Below are positions 39,818 through 51,939 of a stretch of DNA of 64,000 nucleotides, one piece after another. The notes beneath the pieces are model-generated. The model was not told the origin of the DNA. It worked only from the letters and a program-made list of their open reading frames with translations, and did not search any database. The stretch is from the NCBI GenBank assembly GCA_040954595.2, contig CM082585.2, positions 4,489,358 through 4,553,357 of the forward strand, given 5' to 3'. Made by a program: the position numbers and the translations under genes. The DNA comes from Balanoglossus misakiensis. Its lineage: Eukaryota > Animalia > Hemichordata. The stretch's first letter is position 1; each line of letters opens with the position of its first letter.

Positions 39818-41624
39818 AATCACATGCAGTTTTTAAATGTGGTACGAATGAGAGAATCGGTGGTTTGAACGTATAATACTTGGTGGTGTTGGTTATGAAG
39901 TTGTTGTTTAACCAATGGTAGTGTGATTTTGTTTGTTTGTGAGACGATGGCAGTTTTGTAAGATGTTTTGTATTTTCGTCTCGAGCTAAATCCAATATGG
40001 CGGCTATCGTAACATGTCGAGATTGCTTATTGTATGTAAAGAATCCATGGTACCGTAAGCATGCATGTTTTGGCAAATGTTATATATGTTGAGATGGTGG
40101 AGTTTGCTGGATTAAATAGAACAATTAGAGGCTGGGTAAATCAGAGTTTCTAGTGCGTTCCATTCAAGTTGAAATTACGAGATAAGCTTCTTTTTGCAGT
40201 CAATGTACAAATGATTATTTAGACTGGAAAGGGTTTAGGCAAGCGAATCTCGTGACCGGAAGTGTAGAATTCGGGCGATCGGTGTGTCATGCGTATGTTA
40301 CGTACGTTCTCGGATGTGTAGTTGTAAAAAAAATAAACTGTGTGGTATTTATGGATTGGCTTTTCCAAATACGTAAATACTGCATTTATTTCTGTGAATA
40401 TTGTATGTTTATGTGATCAAAAGCCCAGGGGTAATCATTGTAATTTTTATCAGTTAAATCGATTTGTTTTTTGATAATTGAAAGGAATTTTGCTTCAAAT
40501 ATTGAACGATCTGTGTGAGTACAAAACAGAAACATTGCTGGATTATTTGACATTTTGGTTGTATGTAAAAATGTGGGGACAAGCGGAGAATTGGCCAAAT
40601 ATTTTTGGTGACCACTGTCTTTAGTGTGTATGCTTTCTGGTGGTGACAGGTGTGCCAAAACATAGACAATGGAATCTGGCAGGAGCATGAAAAGAACAAT
40701 TGACTTGTTAACATATTTTGATGCCATGAAACTATGTTGTGGGCAAGACAAGTTATGTTATCAATCTGTGGTAACCTGTATGTGCCATTTGTATGGAAAC
40801 TGTGATCAAGATATGAATTTCTGAATATCACAAGCTTGGCAGTGAATTTATTGTTAATTGTTATCCTGTTTGTAGGCAATTGTATATTTTCATGTACTAG
40901 TTTAAATATAAATTTATAGTTAATTAGTTAATTAAACAGGTTTTTTTATTTTCTTGACAGATTTTGGCTACCAAAGAGTTTTCAAGGTGAGTGTTGGTGC
41001 ACAACAGTGCATAGTATCATAGATTATCACACTCAGGTGTGCATTGTGTCAAATGTGAATTAGCCTTTTAAATCATTTGCGGAGGAATTGCTTAGTTCTA
41101 CTATCAGTCACACTGTGGTTTAATATCAGATAGGATGATTGTCCACTTCCATGCACCGTCTGTTAACATGTAAAAGCACTAGCCCATTTCTTTGAATTTG
41201 TTATTCAGGGGTGACGGAAGAAAAACATATTGTAATAGTTCATAGGTGTTTATTGAATACATCAGAAAGGAAGGGACTTGTATGTGCAGCACAATCATTG
41301 TGCTATGTGGTGTTAAGACCATTAGATAGTGCCATTTCTTACAACAGTGGCTTCAATAAAACATTGGTATGATGTGTGTTTCTTGATATCCCTGCCTTGT
41401 TATTGAACTTGTATATTAAATTGCTAAGTGTAAATCAGGTCTATAACAATCGTTATGTGATTTGTATGAGTACATAATGAAAATTCCAGGATGTAAGGTC
41501 GTACAGGGGTCAGGATTCAAGCCTTATCAGGTTCTTCAGGAGGGAAATGCGGTGTCAGTGAATACTGTGTGTGTATTTGTCCGTGTGTGTGTCTGTATGA
41601 ATGCATACATGTATGCTTGTCATT

Positions 41625-43700
41625 GTACTTGGACTTGATATTACTGACAGGTGGAAATGGTTTTGAAGTGAAATTTTATTCAGATTTGGCTGAGTACATT
41701 GCAACGTAAATGGGAAAATGTTTGGTCATTCAGGGTCAGGTCTGAAGCCTTATTTGGTTGTACACGGTGGATGTTGGGGTGTCCGTGTATTTGTTTCTAT
41801 CTGTGCAAATTCATACATGTATGCCTATCGTACTTGGACTTGATTCTGCTAACTGGTGGAAATGATTTTGAAGTGAAATTTTATTCAGATTTGGCTGAGT
41901 ACATTGCAACGTAAATGGGAAAATGTTTGGTCATTCAGGGTCAGGTCTGAAGCCTTATTTGGTTGTACACGGTGGATGTTGGGGTGTCCGTGTATTTGTT
42001 TATGTCTGTGCAAATTCATACATGTATGCCTATCGTACTTGGACTTGATATTGCTAACTGGTGGAAATGATTTTGAAGTGAAATTTTATTCAGATTTGGC
42101 TGAGTACATTGCAACGTAAATGGGAAAATGTCGGGTCATTCAGGGTCAGGTCTGAAGCCTTATTTGGTTGTACACGGTGGATGTTGGGGTGTCCGTGTAT
42201 TTGTTTCTATCTGTGCAAATTCATACATGTATGCCTATCGTACTTGGACTTGATTCTGCTAACTGGTGGAAATGATTTTGAAGTGAAATTTTATTCAGAT
42301 TTGGCTGAGTACATTGCAACGTAAATGGGAAAATGTTTGGTCATTCAGGGTCAGGTCTGAAGCCTTATTTGGTTGTACACGGTGGATGTTGGGGTGTCCG
42401 TGTATTTGTTTATGTCTGTGCAAATTCATACATGTATGCCTATCGTACTTGGACTTGATATTGCTAACTGGTGGAAATGATTTTGAAGTGAAATTTTATT
42501 CAGATTTGGCTGAGTACATTGCAACATAAATGGGAAAATGTCGGGTCATTCAAGGTCAGGTCTGAAGCCTTATTTGGTTGTACACGGTGGATGTTGGGGT
42601 GTCCGTGTATTTGTTTATGTCTGTGCAAATTCATACATGTATGCCTATCGTACTTGGACTTGATATTGCTAACTGGTGGAAATGATTTTGAAGTGAAATT
42701 TTATTCAGATTTGGCTGAGTACATTGCAACATAAATGGGAAAATGTCGGGTCATTCAGGGTCAGGTCTGAAGCCTTATTTGGTTGTACACGGTGGATGTT
42801 GGGGTGTCCGTGTATTTGTTTATGTCTGTGCAAATTCATACATGTATGCCTATCGTACTTGGACTTGATATTGCTAACTGGTGGAAATGATTTTGAAGTG
42901 AAATTTTATTCAGATTTGGCTGAGTACATTGCAACATAAATGGGAAAATGTCGGGTCATTCAGGGTCAGGTCTGAAGCCTTATTTGGTTGTACACGGTGG
43001 ATGTTGGGGTGTCCGTGTATTTGTTTCTATCTGTGCAAATTCATACATGTATGCCTATCGTACTTGGACTTGATTCTGCTAACTGGTGGAAATGATTTTG
43101 AAGTGAAATTTTATTCAGATTTGGCTGAGTACATTGCAACGTAAATGGGAAAATGTTTGGTCATTCAGGGTCAGGTCTGAAGCCTTATTTGGTTGTACAC
43201 GGTGGATGTTGGGGTGTCCGTGTATTTGTTTATGTCTGTGCAAATTCATACATGTATGCCTATCGTACTTGGACTTGATATTGCTAACTGGTGGAAATGA
43301 TTTTGAAGTGAAATTTTATTCAGATTTGGCTGAGTACATTGCAACATAAATGGGAAAATGTCGGGTCATTCAAGGTCAGGTCTGAAGCCTTATTTGGTTG
43401 TACACGGTGGATGTTGGGGTGTCCGTGTATTTGTTTATGTCTGTGCAAATTCATACATGTATGCCTATCGTACTTGGACTTGATATTGCTAACTGGTGGA
43501 AATGATTTTGAAGTGAAATTTTATTCAGATTTGGCTGAGTACATTGCAACATAAATGGGAAAATGTCGGGTCATTCAGGGTCAGGTCTGAAGCCTTATTT
43601 GGTTGTACACGGTGGATGTTGGGGTGTCCATGTATTTGTTTATGTCTGTGCAAATTCATACATGTATGCCTATCGTACTTGGACTTGATATTGCTAAATA
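41625..43700. repeat. Tandem repeat, ~10 x 205 bp, upstream of the Rep/Hel ORF
   Basis: Near-identical 71-aa ORFs recur every 205 bp (41699 to 43339), with degenerate partial units on both flanks. Confidence 0.97.
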
Positions 43701-44088
43701 GCGGAAATGATTTTTAAAGAAAATTATACTCATATCTGAGATTTGTCTGAGCAAATTCCAATGTGAATGCCAGAATGTTAGGTCATACAGGGGTCAGGAT
43801 TTAAGCCTTATCCTGTGTTCCAGCAGAAAAAAAGTGTGTCTGTGATACTTTGTGTGTATATGTGTCTATTTGTATACAGGCATGGGGATATGTGTGTATT
43901 ATGTGTTGCTGTTGAATTACAACTTTGTTCGGACTTACTTTCTATAAATCACTTCTGTCTGTTAAAAGTTCCACTACTTTTTACTGGTTATAATCACTAG
44001 TGATGTGATTTGATGAGACGGTTATCTGAAGTCTGGTGGTGAAAGGATAGTAAAAACCTAACTAGACAGTATATTTGCTTTGTTCCAG

Positions 44089-47000
44089 ATGCCACGCAGT
44101 AGATACTGGAGGAAGAAGAGGAGTCAGAAGAATGAAGATGCTGTTGTGTCTGAGGATCCTGTCCTCTTGAAAAACAGGATAGCTATAGAGCACAAAGAGG
44201 GGCCTGCCCTCTCTAAAAACAGGAATAGAAATGAATTCAAAGAGGGGCCTGCCCTCTCTAAAAACAGGAATAGAAATGAAATCAAAGAGGGGCCTGCCCT
44301 CTCTAAAAACAGGAATAGAAATGAATACAAAGAGGGGCCTGCCCTCTCTAAAAACAGGAATAATAATGAATTCAAAGAGGGGCCTGCCCTCTCTAAAAAC
44401 AGGAATAGAAATGAATTCAAAGAGGGGCCTGCCCTCTCTAAAAACAGGAATATGGATAAAATCAGAAAAAGTGACAGAGAAAATGAAAGTTCAAAAGTCA
44501 ACAATGAGATATTTGAGACTGAAAATCAAAGTGTTGATAAGACTGAAGGAAGTAATGAAATTCTGCAACAACATAGTCTTGACAATGATTCATCGGACGA
44601 CCTATATATTGGTAGTGGAACAGAGGACAGTGTTTATTCATTCTCTCCACTTACTTCTGATGTATGTGAACAGCTGTGTTGCAAATTTGATATTGTAGAT
44701 AAAAATAAAATTGATATTTTAAATAAACTTGGAAGTGTTACAATTGGAGACCCATGTAATTACAAATCAATAATTGGTGATGGTAACTGTTTTTTTAGGT
44801 CCTTGTCATATTGTATAAGTGGGACTGAGCGAAATCATGGAGTAATTCGAACGGCTATTGTGAATCACTTGAAAGCCAATGAGGAAGTATATTCCGGCTG
44901 GGTAAGGTTAGATGGATATACATCAGTTGCTGATTATATTGAGAAGTCTCGAATGGATTGTCTAGGAACATGGGCTACAGAAACTGAAATCCTTGCCACT
45001 ACAAATCTCTTCAATGTGAATATTTTTGTGTACAGTTTTGATAGTTGGTGGAAACATTCTTGTAATTTAATCAATAAAAATAATGTTGATAGAGGTGTTG
45101 GTATATACCTGAACCATCGCAATAGAAACCATTATGAAGTTGTAGAGTGTGTGAAGACACCACAGTTGGAAACCTGTCATTGTACACACATTGATTGCAA
45201 TGAAGTTGTCCCTATTGAAAATGTAACTGGAGAGCGCATGGATGTGACAGACAATGAGCGTTCAAAACAGATTGGTTTGAAAAAAGAGTTCCATTTGGAT
45301 GACGTTTTTGCAACACATGAAGAACTTCCGTGTCTTGCACCAGTAAGAGGTGAGAAACGTGGAAGAGCCATGGGTGAACGGCTGAAAAAGAAACTCAGGC
45401 GTGAAAAGTATGAAAGTGAAAGAGGTAAATTGAATCAATTAAATGTACCCAGTAGTCTGAAGAGCTCTAAAGCAGCTAAAGAATATGAACGCTATCAGAC
45501 TAATTGTGAATATAGAGACAATATAAAATCGGTTAGAAGAAAGAGATATCATGAAGATGTACTGTACAGAGAGAACAAAAAACGTAGACTTGCAGGAAGA
45601 TACGATCATGACCTAGTATTTCGTGAAGTACAGAAAACTGTATGTGCAGAACAATGTTTGGCAAAATATGAAAAAGTTCCACTATACAGAGAGCACAAGA
45701 AGAGTGAGAGTGCAGTACAATGTGTTGACAAGTACAAAAAAGATCAGACGTTCCGAGAACAAAAGAAGAGACAATGTGTTGACAAGTACAAAAAAGATCA
45801 GACATTCCGAGAACAAAAGAAGAGACATAGTGCAGCACAATGTGTTGACAAGTACAAAAAAGATCAGACATTCCGAGAACAAAAGAAGAGACAGAGTGCA
45901 GCACAATGTGTGGACAAGTACAAAAAAGATCAGACATTCCGAGAACAAAAGAAGAGACAGAGTGCAGCACAATGTGTTGACAAGTACAAAAAAGATCTGG
46001 AGTTTCGAGAACATAAGAAGAGACAGACTGCAGCAGTATTTGCTAACAAGTTCCAAAACGACCAGAAGTTCCGAGAACACAAAAAAAGTCAGAATGCAGC
46101 ACAATTTCTTGACAAGTATAACAGAGATGAAGAGTTTCAAAACCGGACCCAAAAAAAATGTTTGGAACGTTACCAACAGGATCACGTTTATAAACAAACT
46201 GTACTGGAGAGAAGACGTACTGAGAGGAAAGTGACAAAGATTGAAAAGGGAAATATAGAGCGTGTTATAATTGATTTCCAGAATCAGATTTCAGTTGGGC
46301 CAAATTGTGTATGTTCAGTTTGTCATCGGCGACTTTTTAGAAGGCAGGTCCTTGTTTGTAAGATGGATAACTATGTCTCTAAGGGAGGTCTTTGTGAAAT
46401 GAATGCCAACAAATGCATAACACAAGAGTATGTACACAACTGTAGTGAATTATGTATTGTTGATTGTCCCCTTAAGAGCAGTGCAGCTAGTAAATTATGG
46501 ATTTGTCACACATGCCATAGCAAACTATTGCGTGCAGAGATGCCTGTTCAAGCTGCTGCAAACAATCTTGATGTCAAACCAATCCCTGATGAATTAAAAT
46601 GTCTGAATTCTTTAGAGCAACATTTAATTGCACTGCATATTCCTTTCATGAAAATGATGGCTCTGCCAAGAGGTGGACAAAATGGTGTTCATGGACCTGT
46701 TGTGTGTGTTCCATCTAATATAGAAAAATCCACAAGTATTTTGCCTAGAGGTGAATTGGATGACCAGATGATAAAGGTGAAATTGAAGCGGAAATTAAGT
46801 TATAAAGGTTGTTATGAGTATCAATTTGTAAACAAAGGACACATTCAAAATGCACTGGAATACCTAAAGAAGAGTAACATGTGGTATAATGATGTAAATT
46901 TCAATCTCACTTGGGAAAATACTCTTGAAAAGACTGAAGAAAAATCTGATGGTGAAAGTAATGGAAACACTGAGGGAAAATTGTTAGATACTGAAGGCAA

Positions 47001-50000
47001 TGATGTAGCATCAGACACAGAAGATGGAAATGAACCTGATAGAGATACAAATGGAATATTCATGGACACATGCTTTCAACCAGTTGACATTGGTCAGGAT
47101 ATTCTGGATTATCACTTTGACGATATCGCTTGTGTTGCTCCTGGTGAGGATAATAAACCTGTTAGAGTGTTGATGGAAAAGTTCAATGAAGCGAAGTGCT
47201 TTCCTGTGATATTCCCAACTGGGTCACCAACATTTCACGATGACCGAGAGGTTAAGATAACAATAGGGCGATACCTGCAGAGTCGTCTATTGAATGCAAG
47301 TAACAGGTTTGCCAGAAGCACAGACTATATATTTTATGCACAATATCGTTCAGAACTTGACCAGGTTGTATCAAATGTGTCAATCGCTTTGAGAAAAGGA
47401 ACTGCCAACGCTTGTGGCAAAAAGGTGACATCTGATGTTCTGACTGATGGGGATTCTTTGAGAGAGATATTGAAGTGTGATGAAGGCTACAAGTTTCTAA
47501 AACCAGTACGAGGAACTCCTCCTTATTGGCAAGCTACACAGAAAGATTTGTTTGCAATGATCAGACAGTTAGGTATACCAACATGGTTCTGCTCATTTTC
47601 TGCTGCTGACTTAAGGTGGAAAGAAGTAATTGAGACTATCCTACGTGAAGAAGGTGATGTACGTAATGCTGAGGATCTCGATTGGTCTGAGAAATGTGGT
47701 ATCTTGAGACGAAATCCCGTAACAGCAGCAAGAATGTTTGATCATAGATTCCATTGTTTCTTGAATGAGGTAATAATGTCACCAGCTAGTCCAATTGGGA
47801 AGATCAAAGATTATTTTTATCGAGTTGAGTTTCAGCAGCGTGGATCACCACACACTCACTGTTTGTTTTGGGTTGAAAATGCCCCAAAAGTGGACAAAGA
47901 TTCTGATGAAGATGTTGTTGAGTTTGTTGACAGATATGTAACATGTGAAATGCCTTCTATAGAAGAGGATGAGGTAATGCATGAGATTGTGAAAACAGTC
48001 CAGAAACACAGCTCAAGGCATTCAAAATCTTGCAAGAAAAAGGGTACTACATGTCGATTCAACTTTCCTCGACCTCCTTCAAACAAAACCTTTATATGCC
48101 ACCCTTCTGTCAGCATAGATACCGGTATAGAGGTAACAGATGACGATCAGTGTAAGGATGATCAAATGTCTACATCACTGGAAAGTGAATTTGAAAATAG
48201 TTTGCCTGAGTTGGATGATACAGTATTGGTTCAGAAGAAGGCTAGACAAATTTTAGAACGAGTGTGGACATGCCTGTGTGACAAAGAGAAACAAATTGAT
48301 ACTATTGATGATTTGTTCAATGCAGTTGGCATATCTCAGGAGATGTTTGAACAAGCAAATGCAATTTTGGCAAAGAAGACAAGTGTAGTTCTAAAACGTG
48401 AGCCAAGTGATGTTTGGGTGAACCAATATAATGCCAACCTTCTCCGTTGCTGGAATGCAAATATGGACATTCAGTTTGTTGTGGATGCTTATGCCTGTGT
48501 TGTGTACATTGTGTCATACATCTCTAAGGCCGAAAGAGAAATGGGTTTACTCTTGGAACATGCACAGAAAGAGGCTTACAAAGAAGGTAATATGGATGCA
48601 AAGTCTGCCATGAAAGAGTTAGGTGGTGTATATCTGCACAACAGGGAAATAAGTGCCCAGGAAGCTGTGTATAGGGTATGTGGTTTGAAACTGAAACAAT
48701 CATCACGAAAAGTTCAGTTTATTCCAACAGGAGAAAATCAAATTAAAATGAGTCTGCCATTAGCTGCAATTCAGAAGAAAATGAAAGGTGATGATTTAGA
48801 TGAGGAAGAGATATGGATGAATAGCATTGTAGACAGGTACAAGAACAGACCAAATGGGGTAGATTTTGACAACATGTGTCTTGCAACATTTTGTTCTGAA
48901 TACAGAGTGGTTTCAAAATCAGAAATGAAAAATGTGAGTAATGAAAAACGCCACAGTCCAATAGTGAAGTTGAAAAATGATGTTGGTTACATGCAGAAAA
49001 GATCTAGAAGTGATGGGGCTGTTGTTAGATATGCTAGATTTTCTATTACCAAATGTCCAGAAAAGCACTATGGCAGTATATTACAACTGTTTCTCCCATA
49101 TCGTACTGAATCACAACTAAAACCTAGTGGATTTGAATCGTTTGAGGATTTTTATTGTCTTGGCGCAGTGAAATGTGGCTCTGCTTCTTTAGAAAAGGTT
49201 AAAACGATCGTAGATGCCAATAAAGCATTATTTGAAACAGAGGCTGATGCTATTGATGCAGCTGGACAATTTCTTGATGAGAATGGCCATCTTGAAGATG
49301 CATGGGCTCAAATATGTCCAGAAAATGAATTAGAACGATTGGAATGCATTGAAGAAGGTAAAAAGTGCTGTGATGATGATCCGGTGGATGACAGTGATAT
49401 TCCAGATTTGGTACAAAAACCCAAAGGTGAAGATTGTCATGTAGAAATTTCAAATTCAATGAAAAAATATGAGGTTGAAGCAATGTGTAGATCTTTGAAC
49501 AAGAAACAAGCAGAAGTGTTTTACACTGTCAGGAAGTGGTGTTTGGACAAAAGCAATGGCAAGAATCCAGAACCCTTTTATCTGTTTGTCACTGGTGGTG
49601 CTGGTACTGGGAAAAGTCACTTAATCAAAAGCATATATCATGAAGCCAAACGAATTCTAGCTCGTGCAATGCCAGATGTTGATGGAATTTCTATTGCTTT
49701 AACTGCACCGACAGGAGTCGCGGCATTTAATATACAAGGAACAACTCTTCATCATATATTCTCCATAGCTGTTGACTCAAAGCTACCATATCAGCCACTG
49801 CGTGAGGAAAAGCTCAATACTCTTCGCTGCAAGTTTGGTAACCTTCACATTTTGATAATAGATGAGATTTCTATGGTAGACAAAAAGTTACTGTACTATG
49901 TTCATGGAAGACTACGACAAATCAAACAGTCATCGGCTGAGTCACCATTTGGGAATGTCTGTGTTATTGCTGTGGGTGATTTTTATCAACTCCCGCCTGT

Positions 50001-51576
50001 AAAAGCAAGTCCACTGTGCATAGACCGTGAATCCGTCAATCTGTGGAATGATAATTTCAGTATGGTAGAATTAACTGAAATAATGAGACAGAAAGACTGT
50101 GCATTTGCAGAGGCACTAAATCGAGTAAGAGTTCACAAGAAAGGGGACATACTGAATGCTGGTGATGTGGCAATGTTTCAAAAGTGTGTTACAGGTGAAA
50201 CATCTGAGGCAATGCATGTTTTTGCTACAAATGCAGAGGTTAATAGCTGTAATGTTGAAATGCTTCATTCTCAATGTTCTGATCCTGTCTGTATTGAAGC
50301 AGAAGATTTTAGCAGGAATCCTAAAAGTGGAAGACTAGAAAAAAAGGAAGGTCACCACGTCAAAGTGTACAGGACAACTTTGCCAAAGACTCTTACTCTA
50401 GCTGTTGGTGCACGAGTACAACTGACACATAACATTGATGTGGCTGATGGTTTGGTGAATGGCGTATTTGGCACAGTATTTCACATTGCAGTAAAACCAA
50501 ATGAAAAATTTCCAGCTGCCATTTATGTTGTATTTGATAATGAGAAAGTTGGCCAAGGATTGCGTAAAAAGAAGCCTATAACTATATCTGACCTTCCAGT
50601 AAACAGTACCCTTATAGAACCCCAGGAAATGTCAGTTGCAAGTAATGGTGGTATTAGGAGGCAGTTTCCTTTAAAACTAGCTTGGGCATGTACAGTGCAT
50701 AAGGTGCAGGGATTAACAGTTGAAAAAGCTGTTGTTAATTTGAAGAAGATGTTTGCACCAGGACAGGCATATGTGGCATTGAGTCGAGTGACATCATTAG
50801 ATGGTCTCATTATTAATGACTTTAACAAATCATCCATATATTGCAATGAAAAGGTCCAAGAAGCCCTGGAAACAATGCCAAAGTTTCTCCCCAAATGTAT
50901 TCAGACAGAACAGAGTAATTATACATGCTCATTTGTATTGCATAATGTGGAGGGACTTGTCAATCACATTAAAGATATTTGCAATGACAGTGAATATTTG
51001 GAAGCAGACTTCATTTGCCTGACGGAGACATGGTTATCTGAAAAAGGAACACAATGTAATTTACAATTGAGCGGATTTGAATTCAATCACCAACCACGAT
51101 CTCAATCCTATAATCAATTTGATACAAATACATCAAGTCTACAATTGCAACAGCGGGGTGGTGTTGGAGTCTATAGCAAACTATGTAGTGATTTTGAAAT
51201 TTTGCATTTGAGTGTGTGTAATTTGGAATGTATTTCATTTTATGTTGCTAAAATCAATGTTACAGTAGCTGTAGTTTACAGACCACCATCATACAAAGCA
51301 GAGGTATTCAAAAATAGCATGGTTTCTTTGGTGAAAGCAATGGAAAAATACCCAGGAGGCAAACTGATCATGGGTGATTTCAATGAAGATATATTGACTC
51401 GGTTATCACTTGTAAAGTTCATGGAAGATCATGGTTTCAGACAATCTGTAAGCGAACCAACTACAGAAGCTAATACATTGATTGATCATGTGTATGTGAA
51501 AGGAGTAGAAAATGTGACAGTAAATGTTATACCAAAATACTTCAGCTTTCATGAAGCAATAAGCATCAAAATATAG
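44089..51576 (+). CDS. Helentron Rep/Helicase/Endonuclease polyprotein: OTU protease, Cys-rich Zn finger, HUH Rep, PIF1 helicase, AP-type endonuclease
   Basis: Uninterrupted ORF; first ATG at 44089 directly after a TTGTTCCAG acceptor. OTU: GDGNCFFR (~44776), WAT, NHYEV. Zn finger: CSVCHR...CHTC. Rep: PTWFCSFS, VEFQQRGSPHTH (~47824, Ser typical of Helentrons), YIVSYISK. PIF1: GGAGTGKS (~49594), DEISMV, GDFYQLPPV, QFPLKLAWACTVHKVQG, GQAYVALSR. Endonuclease: HNVEGL, LTETWL, YRPP, GDFNED, IDHVY, SFH. Confidence 0.96.
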   Translation: MPRSRYWRKKRSQKNEDAVVSEDPVLLKNRIAIEHKEGPALSKNRNRNEFKEGPALSKNRNRNEIKEGPALSKNRNRNEYKEGPALSKNRNNNEFKEGPALSKNRNRNEFKEGPALSKNRNMDKIRKSDRENESSKVNNEIFETENQSVDKTEGSNEILQQHSLDNDSSDDLYIGSGTEDSVYSFSPLTSDVCEQLCCKFDIVDKNKIDILNKLGSVTIGDPCNYKSIIGDGNCFFRSLSYCISGTERNHGVIRTAIVNHLKANEEVYSGWVRLDGYTSVADYIEKSRMDCLGTWATETEILATTNLFNVNIFVYSFDSWWKHSCNLINKNNVDRGVGIYLNHRNRNHYEVVECVKTPQLETCHCTHIDCNEVVPIENVTGERMDVTDNERSKQIGLKKEFHLDDVFATHEELPCLAPVRGEKRGRAMGERLKKKLRREKYESERGKLNQLNVPSSLKSSKAAKEYERYQTNCEYRDNIKSVRRKRYHEDVLYRENKKRRLAGRYDHDLVFREVQKTVCAEQCLAKYEKVPLYREHKKSESAVQCVDKYKKDQTFREQKKRQCVDKYKKDQTFREQKKRHSAAQCVDKYKKDQTFREQKKRQSAAQCVDKYKKDQTFREQKKRQSAAQCVDKYKKDLEFREHKKRQTAAVFANKFQNDQKFREHKKSQNAAQFLDKYNRDEEFQNRTQKKCLERYQQDHVYKQTVLERRRTERKVTKIEKGNIERVIIDFQNQISVGPNCVCSVCHRRLFRRQVLVCKMDNYVSKGGLCEMNANKCITQEYVHNCSELCIVDCPLKSSAASKLWICHTCHSKLLRAEMPVQAAANNLDVKPIPDELKCLNSLEQHLIALHIPFMKMMALPRGGQNGVHGPVVCVPSNIEKSTSILPRGELDDQMIKVKLKRKLSYKGCYEYQFVNKGHIQNALEYLKKSNMWYNDVNFNLTWENTLEKTEEKSDGESNGNTEGKLLDTEGNDVASDTEDGNEPDRDTNGIFMDTCFQPVDIGQDILDYHFDDIACVAPGEDNKPVRVLMEKFNEAKCFPVIFPTGSPTFHDDREVKITIGRYLQSRLLNASNRFARSTDYIFYAQYRSELDQVVSNVSIALRKGTANACGKKVTSDVLTDGDSLREILKCDEGYKFLKPVRGTPPYWQATQKDLFAMIRQLGIPTWFCSFSAADLRWKEVIETILREEGDVRNAEDLDWSEKCGILRRNPVTAARMFDHRFHCFLNEVIMSPASPIGKIKDYFYRVEFQQRGSPHTHCLFWVENAPKVDKDSDEDVVEFVDRYVTCEMPSIEEDEVMHEIVKTVQKHSSRHSKSCKKKGTTCRFNFPRPPSNKTFICHPSVSIDTGIEVTDDDQCKDDQMSTSLESEFENSLPELDDTVLVQKKARQILERVWTCLCDKEKQIDTIDDLFNAVGISQEMFEQANAILAKKTSVVLKREPSDVWVNQYNANLLRCWNANMDIQFVVDAYACVVYIVSYISKAEREMGLLLEHAQKEAYKEGNMDAKSAMKELGGVYLHNREISAQEAVYRVCGLKLKQSSRKVQFIPTGENQIKMSLPLAAIQKKMKGDDLDEEEIWMNSIVDRYKNRPNGVDFDNMCLATFCSEYRVVSKSEMKNVSNEKRHSPIVKLKNDVGYMQKRSRSDGAVVRYARFSITKCPEKHYGSILQLFLPYRTESQLKPSGFESFEDFYCLGAVKCGSASLEKVKTIVDANKALFETEADAIDAAGQFLDENGHLEDAWAQICPENELERLECIEEGKKCCDDDPVDDSDIPDLVQKPKGEDCHVEISNSMKKYEVEAMCRSLNKKQAEVFYTVRKWCLDKSNGKNPEPFYLFVTGGAGTGKSHLIKSIYHEAKRILARAMPDVDGISIALTAPTGVAAFNIQGTTLHHIFSIAVDSKLPYQPLREEKLNTLRCKFGNLHILIIDEISMVDKKLLYYVHGRLRQIKQSSAESPFGNVCVIAVGDFYQLPPVKASPLCIDRESVNLWNDNFSMVELTEIMRQKDCAFAEALNRVRVHKKGDILNAGDVAMFQKCVTGETSEAMHVFATNAEVNSCNVEMLHSQCSDPVCIEAEDFSRNPKSGRLEKKEGHHVKVYRTTLPKTLTLAVGARVQLTHNIDVADGLVNGVFGTVFHIAVKPNEKFPAAIYVVFDNEKVGQGLRKKKPITISDLPVNSTLIEPQEMSVASNGGIRRQFPLKLAWACTVHKVQGLTVEKAVVNLKKMFAPGQAYVALSRVTSLDGLIINDFNKSSIYCNEKVQEALETMPKFLPKCIQTEQSNYTCSFVLHNVEGLVNHIKDICNDSEYLEADFICLTETWLSEKGTQCNLQLSGFEFNHQPRSQSYNQFDTNTSSLQLQQRGGVGVYSKLCSDFEILHLSVCNLECISFYVAKINVTVAVVYRPPSYKAEVFKNSMVSLVKAMEKYPGGKLIMGDFNEDILTRLSLVKFMEDHGFRQSVSEPTTEANTLIDHVYVKGVENVTVNVIPKYFSFHEAISIKI

Positions 51577-51939
51577 TAATTTACACTTGTATTTGAAATA
51601 AAATAAGTAAATAGACAAATAAAGAAAAAAAAAACATGACGAGGAAAAACCTCATTCAGGTACACGCTTCAAAAATGGCCTTTGTAAACAAAAAGATTGG
51701 TGACAGATGGTTCCAGACCTTGTTGCTTCGCCAAGGCAAATCATGTGCCTCTGGTGGTAGGACATGACCGGGCAAGTATCCTGTGCTGGCGGAGCGACTC
51801 TTGCTAGTTGCTATACTCCTTGCCTAATCATACTGCCAGTAGTGCACTAGGCTGCATAGCGATGAGGTCTGGGAGCAAAACTACCCAGCAATATTAGTGA
51901 ATATACTTATACTGGCTCCTAGGATAAATCAATTATGTT

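Noticed and set aside
40386-40879. Minus-strand 121-aa and 141-aa ORFs as a second Helentron gene
   Set aside because: Non-ATG starts, overlapping frames and no recognisable motif; not supportable without a database search.
41699-43554. Nine tandem 71-aa ORFs as a peptide gene cluster
   Set aside because: They have TTG starts and overlap, and simply follow the 205-bp period (not a multiple of 3); there is no domain signal.
44080-44088. TTG start of the 2498-aa ORF
   Set aside because: These bases form a splice acceptor (TTGTTCCAG); the first ATG is at 44089.
44124-51618. Antisense and alternative-frame ORFs overlapping Rep/Hel
   Set aside because: Shadows of the long ORF and its internal repeats.
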